This document shows, one piece after another, positions 24,718 to 38,382 of a stretch of DNA of 64,000 bases. This stretch comes from Mobula hypostoma (lineage: Eukaryota). The position numbers and the translations under genes are program-made. Where the stretch lies: contig NC_086097.1 of assembly GCF_963921235.1 (NCBI RefSeq), positions 208,012,001 to 208,076,000 of the forward strand, read 5' to 3'. Every line of letters starts with the position of its first letter. Positions within the stretch are counted from its first letter, which is position 1. Below the pieces are notes generated by a model, which made no database searches, was not told the origin of the DNA, and worked only from the letters and a program-made list of their open reading frames with translations.

Positions 24718-25319
24718 TTAGTATAGATTTTAAGAAGAGTGTTTATAAGTATTGTTTTGAATTTTAAGGCCTTCATAGACTAGATGATTAAAAACTAAGG
24801 AAAATAGAAAACTAAGGTAATATGGGTGGTTAGAGCTTAATAGAAAGCTCTTGACATCCGTGGTAGTATGTGTCTTGACTTTGATGAACTTGGAGATAAC
24901 GGGAGACATTAATTTAAGACCAAAAATCAAATACAGAATGGGAGTAGGTCTGAGAAGACACAGCTTAATTAGCAAAGATTAAAAAAATCAATTTTTTCAA
25001 CAGTTTTTAGAAAGAAGGAAGATGGATATAAAGGGAAATACTAATGCAGAAAAGTAGTTTGCAGTTACGTTTACTCAAATGGCTTTGGACAAGATGATTA
25101 TTTTTGTTAAGTAGAATGCAATATTTTCTGGGCATCTGTGGTAGTGGATGCCTAAACTACTTATCTGCAGTTATGAGCATATTTATTAACACTTAAGCAA
25201 AGAAGATGACTTCCATCCATAGGATTAATTAGATTGACTGAGAGTTGAGGTTTTAGCATTTATATGGATATCAAAAGATATGATTAAGTAAGTTATCAAC
25301 AGTACATTAATAACTGCAA

Positions 25320-27180
25320 TGTACGGACCATCAGGCCGTACTCCTCCTCCCGGCTTACAAACAGAAACTGAAGCGGGAGGTCACTATGTCAAAAGTGGTG
25401 TTGCGTTGGACGGAGGAAGCGGATGAGGTCCTCCATTACTGCTTTGAATTGGTGGACTGGTTAGTATTCAAGGACTCGGCAGCTAACCTCGATGAGTATG
25501 CCTCAGCTGTCACGGACTTTATCTGGAAATGCACAGAGGACTGAGTGTCTCGCAAGACGATCTGGGTATTCCCTAACCAGAAACCTTGGATAAATTATGA
25601 GATCAAGTCCCTTTTGAAGGCTAGAGCTGTGGCTTTTAGATCCGGGGATACCAGTTGCTACACAGAATCCAGGCAAGCGAGCTTGCTGGAGTGTTTGCTG
25701 ACATCTTCAACTGCTCCTTGCTTCAGTCTAAGATCCCCTCGTGTTTTAAGAAGGCAATGATAATCCCGTTGCCGAAGAAGAGCAAGATGGCATGCCTGAA
25801 TGACTATCGACCTGTGGCTCTGACATCAATTGTTATGAAGTGCTTTGAGCGATTGGTTATGGCACACATCAACCACATCCTACCAGTCAACCTCGACGCT
25901 TTGCAATTTGCCTACCGGAGCAACAGGTCAACAGCAGATGCCATCTCTCTGGCCCTGCATTCCTCCTTAGGACACCTGGAGAATAAAGGTACATATGTAA
26001 GGCTCCTTTTCATTGACTAAAGCTCTGCCTTTAATACCATCGTTCCAAATAAACTGGTTCCTAAGCTCCAGAACCTGGGCCTTAGCACTCAGATCTGCAG
26101 CTGGATCTTCAACTTCCTCACAGAAAGGACCCAGGCTGTAAAAATAGGGGACAAGTTCTCCTCTACAATCAGTCTGAGCACCGGTGCCCCACAAGACTGT
26201 GTACTCAGCCCCCTGCTGTACTTACTGTACACCCATGATTGTGTAGCCAAGTTTCCATTGAACTCAATATGTAAGTTTGCTGATGACACAACAATTGTAG
26301 GCCATATCTCAGGTAATGATGAGTTTGAGTACAGGGAGGAAATTAAGAACCTGGTGGCATGGTACGAAGACAATAGCCTATCCCTCAATGTCAGCAAGAC
26401 GAAGGAATTGGTTGTTGACTTCAGAAGGAGTAGCGGACCGCACGACCCCATTTACATCGGTGGTGCGCAAGTGGAGCAGGTCAAAAGCTTTAAGTTCCTT
26501 GGGGTCAATATCACAAATGACCTGACTTGGTCCAACCCAGCAGAGTCCACTGACAAGAAGGCCCACCAGTGCTTTTACTTCCTGAGAAAACTAAAGAAAT
26601 TTGGCCTGTCCCCTAAAACCCTCACTAATTTTTATAGATGCACCGTAGAAAGCATTCTTCTAGGGTGCATCACAACCAGGTATGGAAGTTGTCCTGTCCA
26701 AGACCAGAAGAAGCTGCAGAAGATCATGAACACAGCCCAGCACATCACACAAACCAATCTTCCATCCTTGGGCTCACTTTACACTGCACGCTGTCGGAGC
26801 AGTGCTGCCAGGATAATCAAGGACATGACCCACCCAGCCAACACACCTTTCGTCCCTCTTCCGTCCAGGAGAAGGCTCAGGAGCTTGAAGACTCCTATGG
26901 CCAGATTTGGGAACAGCTTCTTTCCAACTGTGATAAGGCTGCTGAATGGATCCCGACCCGGATCTGGGCCATACCCTCCAAATATCCGGATCTGCCTCTC
27001 GGTTTTTTTGCACCACCTTACTTTCCCTTTTCTATTTTCTGTTTATGATTTATAATATAAATTTTTAATATTTAATATCGATTTGTACTCCAGGGAGCGC
27101 GAAGCACAGAATCAAATATCGCTGTGATAATTGTATGCTCTCGTATCAATTGTTCAGCAACAATAAAATATAAAGTATAA
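25320..27180 (+). mobile_element. Rex1/Babar LINE RT region with internal deletion near 25672
   Basis: [25 protein letters not shown] and [10 protein letters not shown] motifs (ORFs 25655-26020, 26258-27055); AATAAA/(TAAAGTA) tail. Confidence 0.92.
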
Positions 27181-27769
27181 TAGTAGGTTTATGGTTAGGG
27201 TTCGCATGGTGAATGAAATTAAAGTCTAGTCATGGAGTATTAAGGTTTGGTTATATGTGATAGGGAAGGATTTTCTCAGAAGCAAATACGGAAGAAAAAG
27301 ATAAATAACATTGACAGTGATGAAGGATTTATAAGGTCACTGGAGAGTTTGAAGAAGGATGTTGTTTTGAAATGGTTTAGTGAACTTACATGAAGGGAGA
27401 AGTGCACAGTACATAAGGTAATGGGTCAAAGCATAAAGGGAGATGAGATAAAGATTGAAATCATTGAAGTTGAGAAGAAACTAAGTAACGGAATAAGTGA
27501 AGATGCTGCAGGGAAAAACATCAAGTTGTTGCTCGGGGCAACCAATTGGAAATAAGTACAGGCACAATCTGGATGAAGAGGGAGCACCAGCAGATTGGGA
27601 GAAAAGTTTGAAGTGTGCCTTGCTGAAAGACGCACTCCTTGCAATAAAAATTTTACTTATGATTTGAAGAAAAGTTAATTTCTGTAGCAGTGGTATGTTT
27701 TTAATTTGGGCAGATAGAATAATTGACGGAAAAAAGTTGCAAAAATAGTTTATGTTGATATTACTAATG

Positions 27770-28200
27770 TTGCTGCTGCTGTCTGTATGGAGTTTGTACG
27801 TTCTCTCGTGATCACATGAGTTTCCTCGTGGTGTTATACATTCTCTCGTGCCCACGTGAGTTTCCTTGCGGTGTTGTACGTTCTCTCATGACCACGCGAG
27901 TTCCCTCGCAGTGTTGTAAGTTCTCTCGTGACCATGTGAGTTGCCTGGCAGTGTTGTACGTTCTCTCGTGACCACGCGAGTTTCCTCGTGGTGTTGTACG
28001 TTCTCTCGTGACCACGCGAGTTCCCTCGCGGTGTTATGGTTTCCTCCCACATTCCAAAGACATACAGGACCAAATGAGCCGAAGGGCCTGTTTCTATGCT
28101 GCAGGTTTCTATGTCTGTATTCGATGGGACTAGACAATTTAAATGGTTTGGCACAGACTAGATGGGCCAACGGGACAGTTTCTGTGCTGTAGTTTTCTAT
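27770..28200 (+). mobile_element. V-SINE (HE1-like) remnant followed by CR1-type tails
   Basis: GTCTGTATGGAGTTTGTACGTTCTC...GGTTTCCTCCCACATTCCAAAGAC is V-domain-like; followed by GAAGGGCCTGTTTCTATGCTG. Confidence 0.7.
27796..28035 (+). repeat. Minisatellite, 6 x 40 bp
   Basis: Unit GTACGTTCTCTCGTGACCACGCGAGTTTCCTCGYGGTGTT starting at 27796, 27836, 27876, 27916, 27956 and 27996. Confidence 0.95.
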
Positions 28201-28980
28201 AACTTTAGTATATGGACAGGCTAAGTTGGCACCAGAGGCACTGCAATACTTGTGGGCTGTCCTGAGCACACCCTGGGACTGTGTTGGTCATTGACACCAA
28301 CAATGTATTTCACAGTATGCTTCAATGTTTCGATGTATATGGGACAAATAAAGCTAATCTTTATAAAATTTCACCTTTAATAAGTCAACTACGGTGGTAA
28401 ACTTTGAGGTAGGTTAACATTCAGACAACTCAGCTCTGATAATGGATAACAATAATTGTGTCACTGTTTAGCTTGCTGAAAGCAGTAATACTTAAGCAAT
28501 GATTTATTTTCAGAAGTGTAAGGAGTACACAGCTAGCAGAGAACAAAGATTCAAATTTCACTCTAGCAGCTTGAGCTGTGAACTCATCAATGCTGCGTGA
28601 CTGGACACACCAGACTACAAATGAGCAACTAAGTAGAAGCATAGCTGTCAGTTCGATTGTTTGCTCAGGAGCCACAGGATTAGCTGAAGTCCAGGGGGAG
28701 ATAAATATGTGGTATTTATTCCTTCATTAACATCTACTTCTGAAAATCTGCAGACCATGCAATGCCCAAATTAGGGGTGCAATCTTTGCCTGCTTGACTT
28801 TGGAATTAGCTGATAAAGATACAAAAGATACTTGGTATTTGCAATTTCTTTATTTTTCATATTTCCAAAATTACTTCCAATTTACAACAAATACAAAATA
28901 AGCCTCTGAATGTTAAATGGCTCCTTTATGAAATTAATTTATGTTTGTGTAATTTATGTAAATATTAATTTATTTATTAA

Positions 28981-30039
28981 TTCATGTTTGACCAATCTAT
29001 TGGAGTTTTTCGAGGAGGTTACCAGGAAAGTGGATGAAGGGAAAGCAGTGGATATTGTCTACATGGACTTCAGTAAGGCCTTTGACAAGGTCCCGCATGG
29101 GAGGTTAGTTAGGAAAATTCAGTCGCTAGGTATACATAGAGAGGTGGTAAATTGGATTAGACATTGGCTCAACGGAAGAAGCCAAAGAGTGGTAGTAGAG
29201 AATTGCTTCTCGGAGTGGAGGCCTGTGACTAGTGGTGTGCCACAGGGATCAGTGTTATTTGTCATCTATATCAATGATCTGGATGATGATGTGGTAAATT
29301 GGATCAGCAAATTTGCTGATGATACAAAGATTGGAGGTGTAGTAAACAGTGAGGAAGGTTTTCAGAGCCTGCAGAGGGATTTGGACCAGCTGGAAAAATG
29401 GGCTGAAAAATGGCAGATGGAGTTTAATACAGACAAGTGTGAGGTATTGCATGTTATGATGAGGTTGTATAAGGCATTGGTGAGGCCAAATCTGGAGTAT
29501 TCTGTTCAGATTTGGTCACCAAATTACAGGAAGGATATAAATAAGGTTGCAAGTGTGCAGAGAAGGTTTACAAGGATGTTGCCGGGACTTGAGAAACTCT
29601 GTTACAGAGAAAGGTTGAATAGGTTAGGACTTTATTCCCTGGAGCGTAGAAGAATGAGGGGAGATTTGATAGAGGTATATAAAATTATGATGGATATAGA
29701 TAGAGTGAATGCAAGCAGGCTTTTTCCACTGAGGCAAGGGGAGAAAAAAACCAGAGGACATGGGTTAAGGGTGAGGGGGGAAAAGTTTAAAGGGAACATT
29801 AGGGGGGGCTTCTTCACACAGAGGGTGGTGGGAGTATGGAATGAGCTGCCAGATGAGGTGGTAAATGTGGGGTCTTTTTTAACATTTAAGAATAAATTGG
29901 ACAGATACATGGATGGGAGATGTATGGAGGGATATGGTCCGTGTGCAGGTCAGTGGGACTAGGCAGAAAATGGTTCGGCACAGCCAAGGGCCAAAAGGCC
30001 TGTTTCTGTGCTGTAGTTTTTCTATGGTTTCTATGGTTT
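28981..30039 (+). mobile_element. CR1 LINE RT region, 5'-truncated, with an in-frame internal deletion near 29451
   Basis: ORF 28910-29962 with [19 protein letters not shown] and KFADDTK; (TTCTATGG) tail. Confidence 0.95.
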
Positions 30040-31926
30040 GACAAATATCATTTTATTGCAAAGCACTATATTTATTAATGATTAAAATTATATAAACATA
30101 CTTTAATCTGTAAAAACTATATAAGGTGATGGATTGGCAATACTATCCAATCTCCTTGATGAGTGCCTCAAGGCTTAAAACCAGACTCATTGATGGGCTT
30201 TATTTCAGTGAGCATTGTAAGCTGCAGGCACTATAAGCTCACTGCGGAGACAGAAAACATAACGACTATGCAGGAGTGAACAGGACATAATAATATAAAA
30301 TGCTGAAGCAATGTAGAAGACAGTGCCTAGACAATTAGGCAGGCATAGAAAGCATATTCATGTTTAGCATGAAACTGTAAGAATAATTTTCTTTTAAACA
30401 ACCTGCAGCAGCCTTTAAGGACCATTGAATAGACTGCACCACGCCTGGTAGCAATGGATAAATCTCGGACAGAATTCAATTCTGATCATTTGTGACTTTA
30501 AATTACTTTGGATTCCTTCAATGTTTAGAGGATCCCATATGATTAATAGCAAACAAGCTTCAACTTGTAATAATTGAAGGTTTAGTTTGCCATTGTGAAG
30601 ATTCTGATGAGCAAAATGGCAGGTGAAGGAATGTGATGAGGAAGTGTTACATGTTCAATCTAAACCTTTAGGAGAAAGTAATCCGATGAAACTTTGATAA
30701 TTCATGACCTCATTTTTCTAAAATACTGAGGATTTAATATGTGGCTCATCAGAGCTCAATTCCCTACACTGGGGCTCTAGTTTCCATGATTTCTTTAAAC
30801 CTTTTAATTCACCGAACTTACTGTACACTTTATTAAACTACTGTTTAATATTTATTGATTATACTACTCAATAACATCTTTAAAATAAACTAATGTGCAT
30901 TGGGTATTGATAGGAATCCAGTTCATTAGTCTGAAAAATCTGCCAGTTCTTAGCGGGTGTCAGATGATCAAAGATTTACTGTGAATTGGGTGTCTTTAAG
31001 AAATGTATTGTCAATGGTAACCTGACAATGGAGTTCACTGGTGAACACTCTTCAATAAAAGATGTTCTATTTTAGCTCTACTTCAGTTTGATTGCCTTGG
31101 TTTGTAGCACTTCATAAGAAACCCACAGAGAGAACTCCAGCATTAAGAATGTGATGTTTGTAGTTACAAGAGTAGGAAGACAGAAATTCAGTCTGAGAAA
31201 TTTGAAGAACGGAGCTTTCTGTATTGGAGAAAATAAAATAAAAATGACAGATGCTGGAAATGGGAGATAAAATTAGAACATGCTGAAAGTACCCAGCAAG
31301 TCAGGCAACATCTGTGGACAGTGTAACAGTAACAAAATGGTGCCAAGCTGTGGCCTCTGGTGAAGTTGCAGCTCTGATTTAGGTGTTTTTTTATGTTCAT
31401 AGGCATGGTTTTAGGGAGAGAGAGAGGACTTAGACTTCAGGTTAGAATTTAGGGGCTAGGGTGTGGGGGAATTAGAAGTCAGACTGGAGTTGAAGTTTCT
31501 GCTCTGTGTTCGAAGGCTAAGGACACCTATGGTTGGATGTCAACTATCGAGCTGGCAGATCAGCACAGACAAGGGCTGGTGCGCCTTTCCCCCAGGGTCA
31601 GTGATTTGTTGGTGGGTTCTGGAGTCAGAGTTCCATGCGGGTAGGAGGAACGACATCTGACGACCACCTGGATTTGTGAATTGTTGGGACCAGAGTTTGC
31701 GGTCTAATGTTCGGGATCCTGTCAGCAATGTCTGCAGAGTTTGAGGCCTAGTGCTCGGCGATTGGCAGGCCCTAAGTTGATTCTGAGAATCGAGTCGGAA
31801 GTCTGGAAGTCATAGTCTGTTGGCTGGAGCCCCAAGTCTGCAAATCTATGTGAATCCACTGGGAAGTTGAAGTGCAATGTCAGTGAGCTCAAGTACAAGC
31901 CTGATCCACTGGAGGCCAGAGACCAA

Positions 31927-32021
31927 ACTACTACTACATCGACTCAGACCTAGGGGGCCGGCATCGGGCACGGTGACGGACTCTCCACTTCTCCCGCTCC
32001 CTCATCAGTGTGCTCAGTTCA
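31927..32021 (-). mobile_element. Short RTE/RTEX-like LINE 3' end with (GTA)n tail
   Basis: Minus strand encodes ELSTLMREREKWRVRHRARCRPPRSESM*, then GTAGTAGT. Confidence 0.5.
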
Positions 32022-34371
32022 TTTCACAGCACATGGACAGGCCGACTAGGGGGAATGCCTTACTAGATCTAGTACTAGGTAATGAACCAGGTCAGGTCAC
32101 AGATGGGTGAGCATCTGGGGGACAGTGACCACCGCTCCCTGGCCTTTAGCGTTATCACGGAAAAGGATAGAATCAGAAAGGACAGGAAAATTTTTAATTG
32201 GAGAAGGGCAAATTATGAGGCTATAAGGCTGGAACTTGCGGTTGTGAATTGGGATGTTGTTTTTGCAGGGAAATGTACTATGGACATGTGGTCGATGTTT
32301 AGAGATCTCTTGCAGAATGTTAGGGATAAATTTGTCCCGGTGAGGAAGATAAAGAATGGTAGGGTGAAGGAACCGTGGGTGACAAGTGAGGTGGAAAATC
32401 TAGTCAGGTGGAAGAAGGCAGCATACATGAGGTTTAGGAAGCAAGGATCAGATGGGTCTATTGAGGAATATAGGGAAGCAAGAAAGTAGCTTAAGAAAGG
32501 GCTGAGAAGAGCAAGAAGGGGACATGAGAAGGCCTTGGCGAGTAGGGTAAAGGAAAACCCCAAGGCATTCTTCAATTATGTGAAGAACAAAAGGATGACA
32601 GGAGTGAAGGTAGGACAGATTAGAGATAAAGATGGGAAGATGTGCCTGGAGGCTGTGGAAGTGAGCGAGGTCCTCAATGAATACTTCTCTTCGGTGTTCA
32701 CCAATGAGAGGGAACTTGATGATGGTGAGGATAATATGAGTGAGGTTGATGTTCTGGAGTATGTTGATATTAAGGGAGAGGAGGTGTTGGAGTTGTTAAA
32801 ATACATTAGGACGGATAAGTTCCCGGGGCCTAACGGAATATTCCCCAGGCTGCTCCATGAGGCGAGGGAAGAGATTGCTGAGCCTGTGGCTAGGATCTTT
32901 ATGTCCTCGTTGTCCACGGGCATGGTACCAGAGGATTGGAGAGAGGTGAATGTTGTCCCCTTGTTCAAAAAAGATAGTGGGGATAGTCCAGGTAATTATA
33001 GACCAGTGAGCCTTATGTCTGTGGTGGGAAAGCTGTTGGAAAAGATTCTTAGAGATAGGATCACTAGGCATTTAGAGAATCATGGTCTGATCAGGGACAG
33101 TCAACATGGCTTTGTGAAGGGCAGATCATGTCTAACAAGCCTGATAGAGTTCTTTGAGGAGGTGACCAGGCATATAGATGAGGGTAGTGCAATGGATGTG
33201 ATCTATATGGATTTTAGTAAGGCATTTGACAAGGTTCCATATGGTAGGCTTATTCAGAAAGTCAGAAGGCATGGGATCCAGGGAAGTTCGGCCAGGTGGA
33301 TTCAGAATTGACTTGTCTGCAGAAGGCAGAGGGTAGTGGTGGAGGGAGTACATTCAGATTGGAGGATTGTGACTAGTGGTGTCCCACAAGAATCTGTACT
33401 GGGACATCTACTTTTCATGATTTTTATTAATGTCCTGGATCTGGGGGTAGAGGGGTGGTTTGGCAAGTTTGCAGACGACGCAAAGGTTGGTGGTGTTGTA
33501 GATAGTGTTGAGGATTGTCGAAGATTGCAGTGAGACATTGATAGGATGCAGAAGTGGGCTGAGAAGTGGCAGATGGAGTTCAACCCGGAGAAGTGTGAGG
33601 TGGTACACTTTGGAAGGACAAACTCCAAGGCAGAGTACAAAGTAAATGGCAGGATACTTGGTAGTGTGGAGGAGCAGAGGGATCTGGGGGTACGTGTCCA
33701 CAGATCCCTGAAAGATGCCTCATGGGTAGATAGGGTAGTTAAGAAAGCTTAGGGGTGTTAGCTTTCATAAGTTGAGGGATAGGGTTTAAGAGTCGCATTG
33801 TAATGCTGCAGCCCTATAAAACTCTGTTTAGGCCACACTTGGAGTACTGTGTCCAGTTCTGGTCGCCTCACTATAGGAAGGATGTGGAAGCATTGGAAAG
33901 GGTACAGAGGAGATTTACCAGGATGCTGCCTGGTTTAGAGTGTATGCATTATGATCAGAGATTAAGGGAGCTAGGGCTTTACTCTTTGGAGAGAAGGAGG
34001 ATAAGAGGAGATGTGATAGAAGTGTACAAGTTAGGAAGGGGAATAGATAGAGTGGATAGCCAGCGCCTCTTCCCCAGGGCACCACTGTTCAATACAAGAG
34101 GACATGGCTTTAAGGTAAGGGGTGGGAAGTTCAAGGGGGATATTAGAGGAAGGTTTTTTTACTCAGAGAGTGGTTGGTGCATGGAATGCACTGCCTGAGT
34201 CAGTGGTGGACGAAGATACACTAGTGAAGTTTAAGAAACTACTAGACAGGTATATGGAGAAATTTAAGGTGGGAGCTAAAATGGGAGGCAGGGTTTGAGG
34301 GTCGGCACAACATTGTGGGCCGAAGGGCCTGTAATGTGCTGTACTATTCTATGTTCTATGTTCTATGTTCT
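32022..34371 (+). mobile_element. CR1 LINE ORF2 with stops, (TTCTATG)n tail
   Basis: LLDLVLGNE, GDSDH, NYRPVSL, KFADD and LEYCVQFWSP in ORFs spanning 31877-34198. Confidence 0.95.
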
Positions 34372-34699
34372 ATCTACATTAGCTGTGCCGCTGTCTTCTA
34401 GGAGCGTGTTGACCATAGTCTTGGGAGGGCACCCAGGCCCCAGAGACCATAGGAAATGGCTTGTCCTGGGGGCTAGAGGACTGTGCATGGGAGGGAGAAA
34501 CAGAGCTTGTTTTGTTGCTGCTGTTTTGTCACTTGTGTTCTGCCAAGCATTGTGGGCATGCGATGCTGGCACTGGAATTTGTTGTGACACTTGTGCGCAG
34601 CCCCAGAATACCTCAGGTGCGCTGTTAACATAAATGACAATTTACTGATTGTTTGAAGCACATGTGATAAATAAACAAATCTTGATTCTTGAAATGTCT

Positions 34700-35410
34700 G
34701 ACTTCAAAGACCCAGCTTCAGAACTGGAAAAAGAAGAAAAATAACATCATTTTAAGTTACAGATATAGTAGTGAAGAGAAATACATAGGAGACAGCAATA
34801 GCTAGAGACCACATTGTGAATTCTGAATGCAATTCTCTAGATTGGAGGAAATTTCAGCGAATTGCTACTTTATCTGGAAAGTTCATTTGGCTCCCTGGAT
34901 GGTGGGAAGGTAAGAGGTGTAAGGACAGGTGTGACACCCCCTTGTGGTTGCAAGGAAAATATCATGATTTGTCGCGTGGTTGGTAGGGATGGAAGAATGG
35001 ATCAGAGAACTCGAAAGGGAAAAATCCTTTTGAAATGCTGAAAGAGGAGGTGAGGGAAGATGCGAATAATGGTGAATTTATAGTGGAACCGCTGTATCAT
35101 AAACACAAAAGATCTTGAGCAACACTTACAAAATGCTGGAGGAACTCAGCAAGTCAAGCACAGACTATGGATATATCCTTCCATGGAAACAGAAGAGCTG
35201 GGAAAATGGGGTGTAGTTCTAACAGGTGGCATAATAGGAGGAGGTATGGTCAAGATCTTTTTGGTAGTATGTCGGGCTCTACTGGATGTTTGTGGTTAGC
35301 TTATTTTCTGAAGTGATATTGGACAAATTAAGAAAAGGAAGGGAAGGGTCCGATTTGAATAACGTAAAGATGGGAACCGGGTGGAGATTATTGGCAAAAG
35401 TAAAAGTAAA
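34700..35410 (-). mobile_element. Old PLE RT/thumb remnant (continues at about 38167-38320); host of the young PLE
   Basis: Minus-strand FANNLHP...SLPFLNLS at 35279-35410 and ISHQEGLKAF...LNKFSFN at 38167-38310. Confidence 0.65.
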
Positions 35411-38165
35411 GCGTTCTGCCTCTGACAGTTGAAGGTCGGAGGGGATGGTAAAGACCCGGCACGGATGAGAGCTGGGATCAGAGGGGGGAGGGGGGGAGGC
35501 TGGGGGTGTCAATGGAGAGGGGAGGGTTGGGGTGAGAGGAAGACGGAGCCTCTGAGGGCCCAGGAGCTGACAGTGGGATCTGAGGGAGACCGGATTGCTC
35601 TGTCCTCAGTAAGGGCCTCACCTTTGTCCCCCTTCGCCCACACCTCAGCGAGTTCCGTGTTCGCCATGATGCGGAACTTTTCTTCCGCCGTCTCCGTCTC
35701 CGAGCCTACTTCTTCGGCAAGGACTCTTCCACCCCCACCGATGACCCCTTCTCCCGTCTTCAACCCTCCTCTTCTTCATGGACACCCCGCTCTGGTCGTC
35801 TGCCTGCTCTGGATCTCTTTATCGCTAACTGCCGACGGGACACCAATCGTCTCGACTTCACCGCACCTTGTCCCCATTCCAACCTCACTCCTTCGGAACG
35901 CTCTGCTCTCCACTCCCTCCGCACTAATCCTAACCTTATAATTAAACCCGCCGATAAGGGGGGTGCTGTTGTAGTCTGGCGTACTGACCTCTACCTTGCC
36001 GAGGCACAGCGACAACTCGCGGATACCTCCTCTTATTTACCCCTCAATCGTGACCCCACTAAGGAGCACCAGGCCATTGTCTCCCATACCATCACCGACT
36101 TTATCCGCTCAGGGGATCTCCCATCCACTGCTACCAACCTTATAGTTCCCACACCCCGCACTTCCCGTTTCTACCTCCTACCCAAGATCCACAAACCTGC
36201 CTGTCCTGGCCGACCTATTGTCTCAGCTTGCTCCTGCCCCACCGAACTCGTTTCTGCATACCTCGACACTGTTTTATCCCCCCTTGTTCAATCCCTTCCG
36301 ACCTATGTTCGTGACACTTCTCACGCTCTTAAACTTTTCGATGATTTTAAGTTCCCTGGCCCCCACCGCTTTATTTTCACCATGGATGTCCAGTCCCCTA
36401 TATACTTCATCCCCCATCAGGAAGGTCTCAAAGCTCTACGCTTCTTTTTGGATTCCAGACCGAATCTGTTCCCCTCTACCACCACTCTGCTCCGTCTAGC
36501 GGAATTAGTCCTTACTCTTAATAATTTCTCCTTTGGCTCCTCCCACTTCCTCCAAACTAAAGGTGTAGTTATGGGCACCCGTATGGGTCCTAGCTATGCC
36601 TGCCTTTTTGTTGGCTTTGTGGAACAATCTATGTTCCGTGCCTATTCTGGTATCTGTCCCCCACTTTTCCTTCGCTACATCGACGACTGCATTGGCGCTG
36701 CTTCCTGCACGCATGCAGAACTCGTTGACTTTATTAACTTTGCCTCCAACTTTCACCCTGCCCTCAAGTTTATCTGGTCCATTTCTGACACCTCCCTCCC
36801 CTTTCTAGATCTTTCTGTCTCTGTCTCTGGAGACAGCTTATCCACTGATGTCTACTATAAGCCTACTGACTCTCACAGCTATCTGGACTATTCCTTTTCT
36901 CACCCTGTCTCTTGCAAAAACGCCATCCCCTTCTCGCAATTCCTCCGTCTCCGCCGCATCTGCTCTCAGGATGAGGCTTTTCATTCTAGGACGAGGAAGA
37001 TGTCTTCCTTTTTTAAAGAAAGGGGCTTCCTTTCCTCCACTATCAACTCTGCTCTTAAACGCATCTCCCCCATTTCACGTACATCTGCTCTCACTCCATC
37101 CTCCCGCCACCCCACTAGGAACAGGGTTCCCCTGGTCCTCACCTACCACCCCACCAGCCTCCAGGTCCAACATATTATTCTCCGTAACTTCTGTCACCTC
37201 CAATGGGATCCCACCACTAAGCACATCTTTCCCTCCCCCCCCCTGCATTCCGCAGGGATCGCTCCCTACGCAACTCCCTTGTCCATTTGTCCCCCCCATC
37301 CCTCCCCACTGATCTCCCTCCTGGCACTTATCCGTGTAAGCGGAACAAGTGCTACACATGCCCTTACACTTCCTCCCTTACCACTATTCAGGGCCCCAAA
37401 CAGTCCTTCCAGGTGAGGCAACACTTCACCTGTGAGTCGACTGGGGTGATATACTGCGTCCGGTGCTCCCGATGTGGCCTTTTATATATTGGCAAGACCC
37501 GACGCAGACTGGGAGACTGCTTTGCTGAACATCTACGCTCTGTCCGCCAGAGAAAGCAGGATCTCCCAGTGGCCACACATTTTAATTCCACATCCCATTC
37601 CCATTCTGACATGTCTATCCACGGCCTCCTCTACTGTAAAGATGAAGCCACACTCAGGTTGGAGGAACAACACCTTATATTCCGTCTGGGTAGCCTCCAA
37701 CCTGATGGCATGAACATCGACTTCTCTAACTTCCGCTAATGCCCCACCTCCCCCTCGTACCCCATCTGTTACTTATTTTTATACACACATTCTTTCTCTC
37801 ACTCTCCTTTTTCTCCCTCTGTCCCTCTGAATATACCTCTTGCCCATCCTCTGGGTCCCCCCCCCTTGTCTTTCTTCCCAGACCTCCTGTCCCATGATCC
37901 TCTCGTATCCCTTTTGCCTATCACCTGTCCAGCTCTTGGCTCCATCCCTCCCCCTCCTGTCTTCTCCTATCATTTTGGATCTCCCCCTCCCCCTTCAACT
38001 TTCAAATCCCTTACTCTCTCTTCCTTCAGTTATTCCTGACGAAGGGTCTCGGCCTGAAACGTCGACTGCACTTCTTCCTACGGTTGTTGCCTGGCCTGCT
38101 GCGTTCACCAACAACTTTGATGTGTGTTGCTTGAATTTCCGGCATCTGCAGAATTCCTGTTGTTT
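35411..38165 (+). mobile_element. Young Penelope-like retroelement: RT + GIY-YIG endonuclease, 5' inversion, 3' pseudo-LTR
   Basis: Frame from 35599: SVLSKGLTF..IIKPADKGG..LPKIHKP..GRPIVS..LRYIDD; GVIYCVRC..LLYIGKT (GIY-YIG) ending with TAA at 37737-37739; frameshift at the poly-C near 37240; pLTR 37740-38165. Confidence 0.95.
38032..38067 (+). ncRNA. Minimal type I hammerhead motif in PLE pseudo-LTR (one stem I mismatch)
   Basis: AUUC-CUGACGA-AGGGUCUCGGCCU-GAAA-CG-UC-GACU. Confidence 0.7.
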
Positions 38166-38382
38166 GCAGTTGAAGGAAAACTTGTTTAGCATGAGAATGA
38201 AACCATTAAAGTGAATAAGTCTGACGATTAGGGGGATCTGGTTGGGCTGCTGTTGGACAAAGAAGCAGAAGGCCTTCAGACCTTCCTGATGTGAGATGAA
38301 GATGTAGCGGAACTTGTGTTGTTCTTCGCCCCTTGTGGCACATTGGGCGGCTTTTATTGTCATTTCCTTAGCATTCATCTGT

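Noticed and set aside
18610..27055. ORFs 18610-19212 and 26258-27055 as host genes (DUF1891/ALKBH8-like calls)
   Set aside because: They are the C-terminal region of Rex1/Babar RT, multi-copy here and followed by LINE tails
27796..28035. Regularly spaced 40-bp repeats suggestive of a CRISPR array
   Set aside because: Units are head-to-tail with no unique spacers, derive from a SINE, and lie in a vertebrate context with no cas genes
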